This document shows positions 28,298 through 38,250 of a DNA stretch of 64,000 bases, in pieces. The notes under the pieces were generated by a model. It worked only from the letters and a program-made list of their open reading frames with translations, was not told the origin of the DNA and did no database searches. Within the stretch, counting starts at the first letter, position 1. Each line of letters opens with the position of its first letter. A program made the position numbers and the translations under genes. The stretch spans positions 432-64,431 of the forward strand of contig JBMNQG010000005.1 in NCBI GenBank assembly GCA_050944015.1, in the 5' to 3' direction. The stretch is from Oscillospiraceae bacterium (lineage in GTDB: Bacteria; Bacillota; Clostridia; Oscillospirales; Oscillospiraceae).

Positions 28298-28885
28298 ATG
28301 AATGAAAAAAAGGCCGACCGAAGGGTACGAAAAACCAAGGCGTTTCTTTGCAATGCCCTCACCAAGCTGCTGATGGAAAAGGAACTGCGGGACATCAGCG
28401 TTATGGAGCTGACGGAGCTTGCCGACGTGAACAGGGGTACCTTCTATCTCCACTTCAGAGACATTTATGACCTGTACGAGCACATGGAAAACAACGTCCT
28501 GGAAGACTTCAAATCGCTGCTTATGCCCAACAGCTCAAAGGGGGACAAGCACGTTATTTATACCGTGGTGCTCTGGGCCTTCAGGTTCATTGCCGAAAAC
28601 GCGGAGATGTGCATGGCCATACTGAAGCAGGGCGACAGGGTCTTCCTGGAAAAAATGTTTGACCTCTGCCGGGACAAAAGCCTTGAGGAATGGATAAGCA
28701 AGAGGGGCAGAAGCAGCGCCAAATTACACGACTATTATTTCTCCTTTGCCACTTCCGGCTGCGTAGGGCTTGTGCAGGCCTGGCTTGCGGGTGGAATGAA
28801 GGAGAGCCCGGAAAGCATGGCAAACATGGCCAACGAGCTTATAATGGGCTGTCTTACGGCGCCAACGACCGCTTTAAACTTGTAA
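28298..28885 (+). CDS. TetR/AcrR-family transcriptional regulator
   Basis: 195 aa. N-terminal HTH RRVRKTKAFLCNALTKLLMEKELRDISVMELTELADVNRGTFYLHF. Confidence 0.85.
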   Translation: MNEKKADRRVRKTKAFLCNALTKLLMEKELRDISVMELTELADVNRGTFYLHFRDIYDLYEHMENNVLEDFKSLLMPNSSKGDKHVIYTVVLWAFRFIAENAEMCMAILKQGDRVFLEKMFDLCRDKSLEEWISKRGRSSAKLHDYYFSFATSGCVGLVQAWLAGGMKESPESMANMANELIMGCLTAPTTALNL

Positions 28886-29019
28886 CCGTTTTTTATAAAA
28901 TTCAGGTACATATTACAAAAAGGAACAAAATATTACAAAAATATCCCCTAAATTATTGAAACAGGCATGACTTTGTGCTATACTGGCGGCATAATTTGGA
29001 GAGATACAAGGGAGACGCC

Positions 29020-31986
29020 ATGAATTTAGCGAACAGAGTCACCGCCGTTTTGGTAATTATCCTTCTCGCCTTCGGCCTGTTTCCCGGATGGCGTCAGGCC
29101 GAGGCCGCGGAGCCATTTCTGCCCGGAAATACGGATATAAACATCCTCAACGGAGGCATAATGCTGACCTGCGGAGAGGATTTTTATTACAGCGGCAACG
29201 AGATTTACCTGCAGCGAGGAGATAAAACCAGCCTTATTTCAGCCGAGGACGGCAAAAACTTAAACCTCGCCGGTGAATACATATACTACACTCTCGAGGG
29301 CGGAGAAGTTCACAGGGTAAACCGCTACGGCGGCAAACCGGAGCTTGTCTATGCTCACGGGAAGGAAATAACGCAGCTCTATGTAATTGGCGAAGACTGT
29401 CTGCTGTTTCTCTCCGAAGGCAGAGCATGGCGCTACGTCCTGACCGCAGGAAAACTATCTAGATGCAGCAATCTGGAAGGTGTTTCGGGCCTTATTCCCA
29501 CGGAATACGGCAATATCTATCTCACCGGAGGAATATTTGACTACACCCTTTACGCCGGCAACAAACGTGTGCTGGAGCATGTGACAAGCTGCTACACCGA
29601 CGAGGGCCATCTTGCCCTGTGGCTTGACGGCGAAAACTATCAGGTTAAGCTCTCCCGGCTATTTGGCGGCTTTGACCTTTCAAGGGATTTGGAGCCCTTT
29701 AACATACATGGCAGCGTGAACACGGTCACCCTTTTCGGCCTGGAGGGAGAAACGCATACCTGCGACGTATGCGAGGCTAACGCCGCAGATTTCAGCGCAA
29801 GCCTTATGACCGCAGGCGTCGATGCGCCGGAAGACGCCGCCTTTGTTTCCCCCGCTCTCTCTCAGGGGCAGATAAATATAGTCAAACGGGCGCGCCAGCT
29901 CCATGAGGTGGAGTGGACGCCTCTTGAAGACCGCTGGCAATGGGACTATATGGGAGTGTTTAAGGCCGGAACCACTTACACCGGCGTCCCCTACGGTCAG
30001 CCCATCTACACCGGATATGTGGGCTATTACATATCCGTGTCCGACTTTGTGGAGAGCGTCAATAACAACTCCAGCAAGTTCTACACCACCTATTCCCAGT
30101 ACAACAAGATTGCGCCGGCCTATTCCTGCGACTGCAGCGGCTTTGTGTCATACGCGTGGGGGCTTCCTGTCCGCAGAACCACTTATACGCTGGTTGATGT
30201 GGCGCAGAAAGTCAGCGATCAGAGTATCTACAGCCTCCAGGTGGGGGATTGCCTTAACAAAAGGGTCAGCCACGTAGGCCTGGTTTCCGACGTGGGTTAC
30301 GACGATTCAGGCAACATCATAAGCGTTGAAATCATGGAGCAGACCACCCCCAGCACCAGGCTGACCCGCTACGGCGCCGGCGGGACAAAAACCTTGGCCC
30401 AGCTCCAGTCCGACTATCTTAACGACGGATATGTTATATACCGCTATTCAAACCGGGATAACGTCAGTTACGCCCACGACTGCGCCGTGCCTATTGACGG
30501 GGACTATTGCGGCAACTGCAAGGCCCCCGCTCCGACGGCCTTGACCATAGGCTTTATCGGCGGAAAAACCATTGTTTTGAGCCACAAGGACCCCGGCGCA
30601 GAAATTTACTACACCACCGACGGTTCAACGCCCACCAAAAACAGCACCAGGTACACAGGGCCCATCACCGTAACGTCCGACACCCGGATTCGGGCATTCG
30701 CAGTGACGCCCCAATTTTCGAGCAGCAGGGTTATGGATTACACTGTTAAAATACCGAATGCGGAAATGCCTGCGGCAGAAGTCACCAAGGGCCTGTACGA
30801 CGGAAACGTGGTATCGCAGGGCAGCGAAGTCACTCTCTCCACCCCCACCAGCGGAGCGGAAATCTATTACACCCTGGACGGCTCCGCTCCCACCACAAAC
30901 AGCACAAAATATACGTCTCCGATAGTAATAGACAAGGACACCACAATCAAAGCCGTCGCTTTCGCTCCTGGCATGAAGGAGAGCCGGGTGGCCGTACTCG
31001 CCTATAAAGTAGGAAAAATCTACACCATAACCGCTTCGGCGGGTTTTGGAGGCCGCATAAGCCCTTCCGGCTCCGTCAGCATCCTGCAGTCAACCTCCAA
31101 GACCTTTGCCATTACTCCAGGTAACGGATATGCGGTAAAGGACGTGAAGGTAAATGGAGTCAGCGTCGGGGCCGTGACCAGCTATACCTTTTCCAACGTT
31201 AACGCCAACCAGAGCATAACCGCCGAGTTCAGGGACACGATTGACCTGCCCTTTAATGACGTTTCCGCGGACTCCTGGTACCACACGGCTGTATGCTATG
31301 CATACAGGAACAGCCTGTTCAACGGCACGTCCAAAACCGAGTTTTCCCCCGACGGAAACATGACCCGAGGCATGTTCGTGACGGTTCTGGGTCGTATGGC
31401 CGGAGTTCCAGCCGAACTTACGGGCAACGTGGGCGTAGTGAATGGAAACGACGTGCGCATCAGGGAGGAGCCCAACACAGACAGCAACATACTTAGTCTC
31501 TGCAGCAAATATACAGCCCTTCAGGTGCTGGGCAGTGAGGGAGGCTGGTATAAGGTACAGCACGGCGAAATCACCGGTTACATCAGAGGCGACCTGCTGC
31601 TTGTATACGACGGCCAGCTTTCCGATTTGAAGGAGGGCCAGTATTACACCGGCTACGTCCAGTGGGCCTATCTCTGCGGCATTCTCTCGGGCGTGGCGGA
31701 TAACACCTTTAACGCTGACCAGGACATCACCCGCGAGGAGATGGCGCTAATCCTGTATAACTACGCCGCAGGCCACGGGGTAAAAATACCCTCCGTCAAG
31801 CCCAGAGAAACCTTCAAAGACCATGGGGAAATCAGCGGCGTCGCCCGGAAGGCAGTTTACGCATTCCAGCAGGCGGGAATAATCAACGGTATGGGCAACG
31901 GCGAATTTAAGCCCAGGAGCACCGCTACCAGGGCTCAAGTCGCTCAGATATACATGAACGCCGCGGAAACCTTGAAAAAACCATAG
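29020..31986 (+). CDS. Large SLH-anchored cell-wall protein with an NlpC/P60-like cysteine peptidase core, two chitobiase-C/FN3-like repeats, a B-repeat-like Ig module and an SH3b-like module
   Basis: ATG at 29020 with a signal peptide (MNLANRVTAVLVIILLAFGLFPGWRQAEA). Motifs CDCSGFVSYAWGL and SHVGLV. Two GAEIYYT.DGS.PT.NST.YT.PI repeats. Three SLH-like segments (e.g. FNDVSADSWYHTAVCYAYRNSLFNG). Confidence 0.75.
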   Translation: MNLANRVTAVLVIILLAFGLFPGWRQAEAAEPFLPGNTDINILNGGIMLTCGEDFYYSGNEIYLQRGDKTSLISAEDGKNLNLAGEYIYYTLEGGEVHRVNRYGGKPELVYAHGKEITQLYVIGEDCLLFLSEGRAWRYVLTAGKLSRCSNLEGVSGLIPTEYGNIYLTGGIFDYTLYAGNKRVLEHVTSCYTDEGHLALWLDGENYQVKLSRLFGGFDLSRDLEPFNIHGSVNTVTLFGLEGETHTCDVCEANAADFSASLMTAGVDAPEDAAFVSPALSQGQINIVKRARQLHEVEWTPLEDRWQWDYMGVFKAGTTYTGVPYGQPIYTGYVGYYISVSDFVESVNNNSSKFYTTYSQYNKIAPAYSCDCSGFVSYAWGLPVRRTTYTLVDVAQKVSDQSIYSLQVGDCLNKRVSHVGLVSDVGYDDSGNIISVEIMEQTTPSTRLTRYGAGGTKTLAQLQSDYLNDGYVIYRYSNRDNVSYAHDCAVPIDGDYCGNCKAPAPTALTIGFIGGKTIVLSHKDPGAEIYYTTDGSTPTKNSTRYTGPITVTSDTRIRAFAVTPQFSSSRVMDYTVKIPNAEMPAAEVTKGLYDGNVVSQGSEVTLSTPTSGAEIYYTLDGSAPTTNSTKYTSPIVIDKDTTIKAVAFAPGMKESRVAVLAYKVGKIYTITASAGFGGRISPSGSVSILQSTSKTFAITPGNGYAVKDVKVNGVSVGAVTSYTFSNVNANQSITAEFRDTIDLPFNDVSADSWYHTAVCYAYRNSLFNGTSKTEFSPDGNMTRGMFVTVLGRMAGVPAELTGNVGVVNGNDVRIREEPNTDSNILSLCSKYTALQVLGSEGGWYKVQHGEITGYIRGDLLLVYDGQLSDLKEGQYYTGYVQWAYLCGILSGVADNTFNADQDITREEMALILYNYAAGHGVKIPSVKPRETFKDHGEISGVARKAVYAFQQAGIINGMGNGEFKPRSTATRAQVAQIYMNAAETLKKP

Positions 31987-31988
31987 TT

Positions 31989-32903
31989 ATGGGGGCAAAT
32001 CAAATGCTGTTTGAAAAAATCAACATTGCGCCGGAAAAGAAGAACGTTTATCTGTCCGCCTATATAAGGGACAGCGGCGATTTTGACATAAAACGCCCGG
32101 CCGTAATCGTGCTTCCGGGGGGCGGGTATATGAACTGCGCCTTTCAGGAAGGAGAGCCGGTGGCGCTGCGCTTTGCGGCCATGGGCTATCAAGCCTTCTT
32201 GCTCAAATACTCAACCTTATTCAGCGTTTTCCCCAGCAGGCCCGATTTTGGCAGGGCAAACCCGGGAGTCCACTATCCCGGCCCCATGGAGGATCTGGGA
32301 CGCGCGATTATTGCCATTCGTGAGAATGCGGAACGCTGGTGCGTGGACCCGGATAAAATCATCCTATGCGGTTTTTCAGCAGGAGCGCACCTGGCGGCCA
32401 TGTACGCCACCCACTGGAACAGGCCGGAGCTGTCCTCCGCCCTGGGTGTTGAAGCAAGCCTCCTGCGGCCGGCGGCCTGCATATACTGCTACGGCGTTTT
32501 CGACCTGCATACCATGATAGAACCCAACATGGAATTGGAGTACAAAGAGCTTTTTTCCATTCTTTCCTACGCTCTCTGCGGGAAAGAAGAGCTGTCAGAC
32601 GAAGAAATAATCAGGTTCAGCCCAGTAAGTCATGTGGGAGAGCACATGCCTCCCGCCTTCATCTGGGCAACAGCGGAGGACAAAATGGTGCCCTGCTCGA
32701 ACTCCGTCAACATGGCGCTGGCCATGGCCGAGAAAAATATTCCCTTCGAGCTGCACATTTTCGAAAACGGACGGCACGGCCTCTCCCTTGCGGACGAGTC
32801 CTGCGCCGTAACGGCGGAGGATATAGACCCGCACCTGTCAAAATGGGTTTCCCTGGCGGAGTCCTGGCTGAAAAAGCGCTTTGTCCCCCAGCTGCCGGAT
32901 TGA
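31989..32903 (+). CDS. Alpha/beta-hydrolase (esterase/lipase-like)
   Basis: 304 aa. GFSAGAHLA nucleophile elbow (GxSxG) and HGL near the C-terminus. The start could instead be the ATG at 32004. Confidence 0.75.
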   Translation: MGANQMLFEKINIAPEKKNVYLSAYIRDSGDFDIKRPAVIVLPGGGYMNCAFQEGEPVALRFAAMGYQAFLLKYSTLFSVFPSRPDFGRANPGVHYPGPMEDLGRAIIAIRENAERWCVDPDKIILCGFSAGAHLAAMYATHWNRPELSSALGVEASLLRPAACIYCYGVFDLHTMIEPNMELEYKELFSILSYALCGKEELSDEEIIRFSPVSHVGEHMPPAFIWATAEDKMVPCSNSVNMALAMAEKNIPFELHIFENGRHGLSLADESCAVTAEDIDPHLSKWVSLAESWLKKRFVPQLPD

Positions 32904-32910
32904 AACAATA

Positions 32911-32937
32911 AAAGCCCCTTTCAAGGGGCTTTTTATT
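32911..32937 (+). terminator. Rho-independent terminator
   Basis: AAAGCCCCTT-TCA-AAGGGGCTTT followed by TTATT. Confidence 0.8.
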
Positions 32938-32970
32938 CTGCTCTGCAGGCTTAAAACACGCAATATAAAT

Positions 32971-32994
32971 GCCCGCCGCCCATTCGCGGCGGGC
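32971..32994. terminator. GC-rich hairpin GCCCGCCGC-N6-GCGGCGGGC next to the MATE gene stop
   Basis: Perfect 9-bp stem with T-rich flanks on both strands. Confidence 0.7.
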
Positions 32995-33007
32995 TGTTTT
33001 TATTCGC

Positions 33008-34357
33008 TTATTCGGGGAGTCCACGCCTCCAGCGATTGGAACGCTCATACCAGAGCCCAATGGGTACGGAAGAGCCGGGTGCTATCATGCACGCCCAGTA
33101 GAGACCAGAAAGTCCAAAAAAATGATTTAGGATGAAGGCCAGAGGCACCCGCACCAGTATACAGTTTACAAAACTGCTGAAGAAGGCAAACCAGGTGTGC
33201 CCCGATCCAAGGGCCAGGGTGTGGTAGACCAAAAAGCTGGCATAGAAAAGCTGGCCAAGAATCTCGATGCGAAGGTTCATGACGGAGGCTGCAATAGTAT
33301 CCGCGTCGGAAGTGAAGAGTGAGGAAAGTTCCCACGCGAATAGCTCCACAATGACAATCAGGACAACGGATATGGAAATTGTGATTCCCATTGTGGTATA
33401 CATTACCTTTCTGGCCCTGTCATATTCCCGGGCGCCTATGCACTGTGCAATCATGGCCGTGGATGCGTTGCACATGGCCACAATGAAGAGCTGGCAGAAA
33501 TTCTTGATTTTTACGGCAACACCGTTTCCGGCGGAGACTATTACGCTGTAGCTGTTGATGATATATGTGACGGAGAGCCAGGAAATGCTGGCAATGCTCA
33601 TCTGTATGGCGCAGGGAATGCCTAGCTTCAGAATTGTCTTCAGCTTGTCAAAACGTATGTACGGTTTTTTCAGGCTAAGGCCAAAAACTTCGTAGTTTTT
33701 CAGAACAAAGGAAAGGGAAACAAAAAAGCTGATTGCCTGGGCGGCTATGGTGGCAAGGGCCGCGCCGAAGGTTCCCATATCCATATATCCGACAAAAACA
33801 ATATCCAGCGCAATGTTGATGACAGTAGCTACGGCTATACATGCAAGGGGGTCCCTGGAATTTCCTGCCGCACGGAGAGCCGCGCTGGCGGCGTTGTATC
33901 CAATGATGAAAATTATGCCCAGGGAGCAGGTCCGCAGGTAGACCGTAGCCTCCTCAAGGGCGGGGGCTCCAAGCATAACCAGAATAGTACGGGAGGCCAG
34001 GAAAAAGGCCAGAGACAGGACAGCACCCAGGACCATGCTCATGGAAAACAGGGTTACCGTGGATTCGTGACAGTTCTTTCTGTCTTTCGCCCCGAAGTAC
34101 TGCCCGATCAATATGTTTCCGCCGGTGCAAATGCCGATGAGGACGTTGGTTATCATCAGCATCACCTGACTGGAGTTGTTGACGGCGGAAAGGCCCGTAG
34201 CTCCTATATAATGTCCCACAACCAGCATGTCCACCATTCCGTACAGGGACTGGAGCAGGCTGGAGAGTACCAGGGGAATTGAGTATTTAACCAGCTGGCG
34301 TATTATGCTCCCCTGGGTAAGGTCAGTATGCGACATTTTGCTAATCCTTTCTATCAT
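33008..34357 (-). CDS. MATE-family efflux transporter
   Basis: 449 aa, 12-TM-like. N-terminus ...LTQGSIIRQLVKYSIPLVLSSLLQSLYGMVDMLVVGH is typical of MATE proteins. Confidence 0.85.
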   Translation of the reverse strand: MIERISKMSHTDLTQGSIIRQLVKYSIPLVLSSLLQSLYGMVDMLVVGHYIGATGLSAVNNSSQVMLMITNVLIGICTGGNILIGQYFGAKDRKNCHESTVTLFSMSMVLGAVLSLAFFLASRTILVMLGAPALEEATVYLRTCSLGIIFIIGYNAASAALRAAGNSRDPLACIAVATVINIALDIVFVGYMDMGTFGAALATIAAQAISFFVSLSFVLKNYEVFGLSLKKPYIRFDKLKTILKLGIPCAIQMSIASISWLSVTYIINSYSVIVSAGNGVAVKIKNFCQLFIVAMCNASTAMIAQCIGAREYDRARKVMYTTMGITISISVVLIVIVELFAWELSSLFTSDADTIAASVMNLRIEILGQLFYASFLVYHTLALGSGHTWFAFFSSFVNCILVRVPLAFILNHFFGLSGLYWACMIAPGSSVPIGLWYERSNRWRRGLPE

Positions 34358-34388
34358 GCGGCTTTGCCTATGGGAGATGGATGCAGGC

Positions 34389-36245
34389 TCATAAAAGATT
34401 AAAACCTGCCTCCTGAGCGTCCTCTTTTATCATCATTGCCTTGTAAAGGCGGTAGTAGCGCCCTTTTAATGCCATTAGCTCCTCATGGCTGCCCTTTTCC
34501 ACAATGCCCTGGTCTTCTATGAGGAGGATGAGGTCGGCGTTGCGTATGGTGGAAAGCCGGTGTGCTATGATAAAAGAGGTTCGCCCTTTAAGCACATGGC
34601 TGATGGCATTCTGGATGAGATGCTCGGTTTCGGTGTCGATGGAGCTGGTGGCCTCGTCCAGTATGAAAATCGGCGGGTCGGCTATAATAGCCCTGGCAAA
34701 AGAGATAAGCTGCTTTTCCCCTGTGGAAAGGCGGTCGCCCCCCTCCCCTACTTCCGTGTCAATTCCCTTTTCCAGCTTTTCGATTACTGTATCGGCGGAC
34801 ACAAGCTTAACCGCCCGCTGTATTTCCTCCTCCGTCGCGCCGGGATTGCCGTAGAGGATATTGTCTCTTATGGTGCCTGAAAACAGGTGGGGCGTTTGCT
34901 GAACGTACCCCAGATTGCTGTGGAGCCAGTTGAGGCTGCGCTCACGGTAATCTACGCCGTCTATTAAAATCCGTCCCCGTGTGGGCTCGAAGAATCGGCA
35001 GATCAGGTTCACCAGTGTGCTCTTGCCGGCGCCCGTTTCACCGACAATAGCAACGGTGGTGCCGGCAGGAATATCCAGATTTATGTCCTTCAGCACATAG
35101 TCGTCATCCGCGGCGTCGGGGTACCTGAACCACACGTTCTCAAAGCGTATGTCGCCCTTAATTGGCGGATAATTTTCGGGCTTGGGGTTGAATATGTCCC
35201 CGTACTTTTCCTCAATCTCCGGGGTGTCAGAAATAGTGACGGGCTGCTCCAGCAGGGCAAAAACCCGCTCGATATTGACCTGCGCTGCCATGAATTCGGA
35301 GAACATGCCCGCCACCTGAGTCAGAGGCTCCATAACGGCTATGGCATAGGCAATAAAGGCGGAGAGTATTCCAAAATCCATTGTGTCTTTAATGACCATG
35401 GCTCCGCTTCGGTAAAGGACCATCGCCACAGTAACGGAACTGAGGAGCGTGATAATTGGCAGGTACACGGCGTTCAGCCGGGTGGAGCGCAGGGATGCCC
35501 TGTACATGTCCGAGGTGATGCCCTCAAATTCCGCGCAGTTCTTCTCCTCGATTACCAGTGTTTTCGAGGTTTTTGCCCCGTTTATGCTCTCGTTGAAGGA
35601 GCTGGTAATCCGGGAGTTTACCCTCCTCATTTCACGGTTCGCCTGGAGGATTTTAGGCTGAAATATGGATGTTACAATGAGCATCAGCGGCACAATGCAC
35701 AGCACGGTCAGTGCCATCCTAACGTTTAAAACGAACATGGACACGAGAATGCCGAGTATATAGAAGATATTCCAGACCATGTGAATGGAGCCCCAGGCTA
35801 TCATCGCGCTTATCCTGTTGGTGTCGCTCATAACCCGGGCAAGAATATAGCCCACTGACGTCTGGTTGTAAAAGGACAGCGGCAGCTTCTGGAGGTGGAT
35901 GAAGCAGGCGTGTTTCAACAGCTTACCCGTGTTCATTTCTATGACCATGCAATGCCGCGCGTATAGGACCGTGGTCAGAGTCTGAAATAAAATCACCGAA
36001 ATATAGACAAGGGTAAACCTGCCCAGGCCAACGACAGCCCGGGGCACCACAAAGTGGTTTACCGCATAGCTGGTAAACAGCGGGATTGAGGCGTCAATGG
36101 CTGCGGACAGAACCATCATGAATACTACAAAGGCTATGCGGCCCCAAACCGGCTTCAGGAAGGGCAGCAGCTTTGTCCATATTTTCAGGTCCAGGCGCTG
36201 GGAGACCCGAGCATCTTCAAAATCACTCACGGTCTTCACCTCCAT
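34389..36245 (-). CDS. ABC exporter, fused permease/ATPase (heterodimer partner B)
   Basis: 618 aa. Walker A GETGAGKST, signature LSTGEKQ, Walker B ILDEATS. Confidence 0.9.
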   Translation of the reverse strand: MEVKTVSDFEDARVSQRLDLKIWTKLLPFLKPVWGRIAFVVFMMVLSAAIDASIPLFTSYAVNHFVVPRAVVGLGRFTLVYISVILFQTLTTVLYARHCMVIEMNTGKLLKHACFIHLQKLPLSFYNQTSVGYILARVMSDTNRISAMIAWGSIHMVWNIFYILGILVSMFVLNVRMALTVLCIVPLMLIVTSIFQPKILQANREMRRVNSRITSSFNESINGAKTSKTLVIEEKNCAEFEGITSDMYRASLRSTRLNAVYLPIITLLSSVTVAMVLYRSGAMVIKDTMDFGILSAFIAYAIAVMEPLTQVAGMFSEFMAAQVNIERVFALLEQPVTISDTPEIEEKYGDIFNPKPENYPPIKGDIRFENVWFRYPDAADDDYVLKDINLDIPAGTTVAIVGETGAGKSTLVNLICRFFEPTRGRILIDGVDYRERSLNWLHSNLGYVQQTPHLFSGTIRDNILYGNPGATEEEIQRAVKLVSADTVIEKLEKGIDTEVGEGGDRLSTGEKQLISFARAIIADPPIFILDEATSSIDTETEHLIQNAISHVLKGRTSFIIAHRLSTIRNADLILLIEDQGIVEKGSHEELMALKGRYYRLYKAMMIKEDAQEAGFNLL

Positions 36246-38043
36246 CCTTTATAAGACCCGCATCCGACTGCATCTGATATACCCGGCGGTATATGCCCTC
36301 CTGTGCTATAAGCTCCCTGTGGGTGCCGGACTGGACTATGCGTCCCTTATCCATAACAAGTATCTTGTCAGCCTGCATAAGAGTGTTTATGCGGTGGGAT
36401 ATAAGTATCACCGTGGCGCCGCTGGTGTTTTCACGCAGGGATTCCCGGATTTTGGCGTCGGTCTCCATATCCACCGCGGACATGGAATCGTCAAAAACCA
36501 GGATGGGGCATTCCATCATGAGAGTGCGGGCAATGGCAATGCGCTGTTTCTGGCCGCCAGAAAGGGTGACTCCCCGCTCCCCGACCATGGTGTCATAGCC
36601 TTCCCGGAAGCTGGATATGTTTTCGTCCACGGCGGCTATGCCCGCCGCCCGGCGGATGCGCTCAAAATCCGGTCGCTTTGCGGCTATCGCAATGTTTTCT
36701 CGAACAGTCTTGGAGAATAAAAAGGGCTCCTGCAGGACGAGCCCGATATTCCGGCGGAGATAGTAGCGGTTTATATCCCGTACGTCAATGCCGCCGATGG
36801 TAATCCTGCCGCTGTCAGGCTCGTACAGCCGGTTTATCAGGTAGGTTACCGTGGACTTGCCCGAACCCGTGGCGCCCAGAATTCCCACGGTGGTGCCCTT
36901 TTCAATTGTAAAATTCAAATCGTGCAGAACCTTCTGTCCGCCGTAGGAAAAGCTGACGTTTTCTAATTTGATGTCACCGTGCAGGTCGGGGGTTAAGGCG
37001 TCCGGCTCCTGGGGCTCGGCGGGAGCGTCCAGAATGTCCCGGATACGGTCAATGGACACATCTGCCTTGGAAAACTCTGAAAGGGTGCGGCCCAGGCTTC
37101 TCACCGGCCAGGAGAGGGTATGGCTGTAGCTGATAAAGACCAGCAGCTCGCCCAGGGTCATCTTGCCCGTTGCCGCAAGATACGCTCCGGCGCAGACTAC
37201 GGCAAGTATCTGGGCTCCGGTGGCGAAGTCCCCTATGCCCCAGAACAGGCCGAAGGTGTAGCCCAAATCTATCCACTTATTGGTGAAAACTTCGTTTTTC
37301 TCCTCAAAAACCCGCCGTTCCCGCTGTTCCCGGCCGAAAGCCCTGACAACCCTCACTCCTGTGAGGTTTTCCTGTATCGTTACCATCAGGTCGCCTTCCG
37401 CCTCGTCGGCTTTTCGGAACTGGCGCCCGATTTTGCCGTAAAACAAGGCGGAATACAGTATAATTGCCGGAATAAAGGCTGTGCATATAATGGCCATTGT
37501 CACGTTCATGGAGAACATGAGGACAAGGGCCACAGTGATGAGGATTACAGTCCGGATTACCTCCAGAAGCTGGGCAGAGATGAAATTCCGCACCGTTTCA
37601 ACGTCAGAGGTGCAGCGCTGGATAATGTCGCCGGTCTGGTTTTCCGTATGCCAGGAAAAGGGCAGATACTGTATATGGCGGAAAAGCGTGTCCCGCAGGT
37701 TTTTGGTAAAGTTTTCCGTCCCTTGGGATATGGTCATCCGGGAGACGTAGTTGAATATCCCGGAGACAAGGGCGCATATGACCACGCCCAAGGCGCAAAA
37801 ATACAGATGAGAGCGCAAAAACTCGCGCCCTCCCAAAGCCTCCAGAGCGGAGACGACAAAGGCAGGCAGGCTCGCCTCTTCGGTTCCAATTACAGAGTCA
37901 ACTGTAAAGCGGATAATTTGCGGTGTCAGGAAGCTGAAAATAATGCTCAAGGAGGAGGCAAAAAGCGCAATTACAAAGCAGTGCCGCCCGTTTCTGGCAA
38001 AACCGTACAGCAAGCCAGCTGTGGTCTGCTTTTTCACTTTCAT
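36223..38043 (-). CDS. ABC exporter, fused permease/ATPase (heterodimer partner A)
   Basis: 606 aa. Walker A GATGSGKST, signature LSGGQKQR, Walker B LVFDDSMS. Overlaps the partner gene. Confidence 0.9.
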   Translation of the reverse strand: MKVKKQTTAGLLYGFARNGRHCFVIALFASSLSIIFSFLTPQIIRFTVDSVIGTEEASLPAFVVSALEALGGREFLRSHLYFCALGVVICALVSGIFNYVSRMTISQGTENFTKNLRDTLFRHIQYLPFSWHTENQTGDIIQRCTSDVETVRNFISAQLLEVIRTVILITVALVLMFSMNVTMAIICTAFIPAIILYSALFYGKIGRQFRKADEAEGDLMVTIQENLTGVRVVRAFGREQRERRVFEEKNEVFTNKWIDLGYTFGLFWGIGDFATGAQILAVVCAGAYLAATGKMTLGELLVFISYSHTLSWPVRSLGRTLSEFSKADVSIDRIRDILDAPAEPQEPDALTPDLHGDIKLENVSFSYGGQKVLHDLNFTIEKGTTVGILGATGSGKSTVTYLINRLYEPDSGRITIGGIDVRDINRYYLRRNIGLVLQEPFLFSKTVRENIAIAAKRPDFERIRRAAGIAAVDENISSFREGYDTMVGERGVTLSGGQKQRIAIARTLMMECPILVFDDSMSAVDMETDAKIRESLRENTSGATVILISHRINTLMQADKILVMDKGRIVQSGTHRELIAQEGIYRRVYQMQSDAGLIKDGGEDRE

Positions 38044-38200
38044 ACTCTTACCTCCTGTCCTTAAGAATGCATGAGATTATACATAAAGAGCGCCGCGCAA
38101 AAATGGCGCAGCCCGCTTCCGCTTCTTCCGCCTCTATTTTGTCACAACAAGCATGTAAATGCAAGCCGGACAATATAAACCGTTATTGGCAATATTACAA

Positions 38201-38231
38201 ATACCTCCGTGATTACATATCACGGAGGTAT
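38201..38231 (-). terminator. Hairpin with perfect 13-bp stem ATACCTCCGTGAT / ATCACGGAGGTAT downstream of upp
   Basis: Seen directly. 5-nt loop with T-rich flanks. Confidence 0.75.
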
Positions 38232-38250
38232 TATTATAAAGATTTAAACC

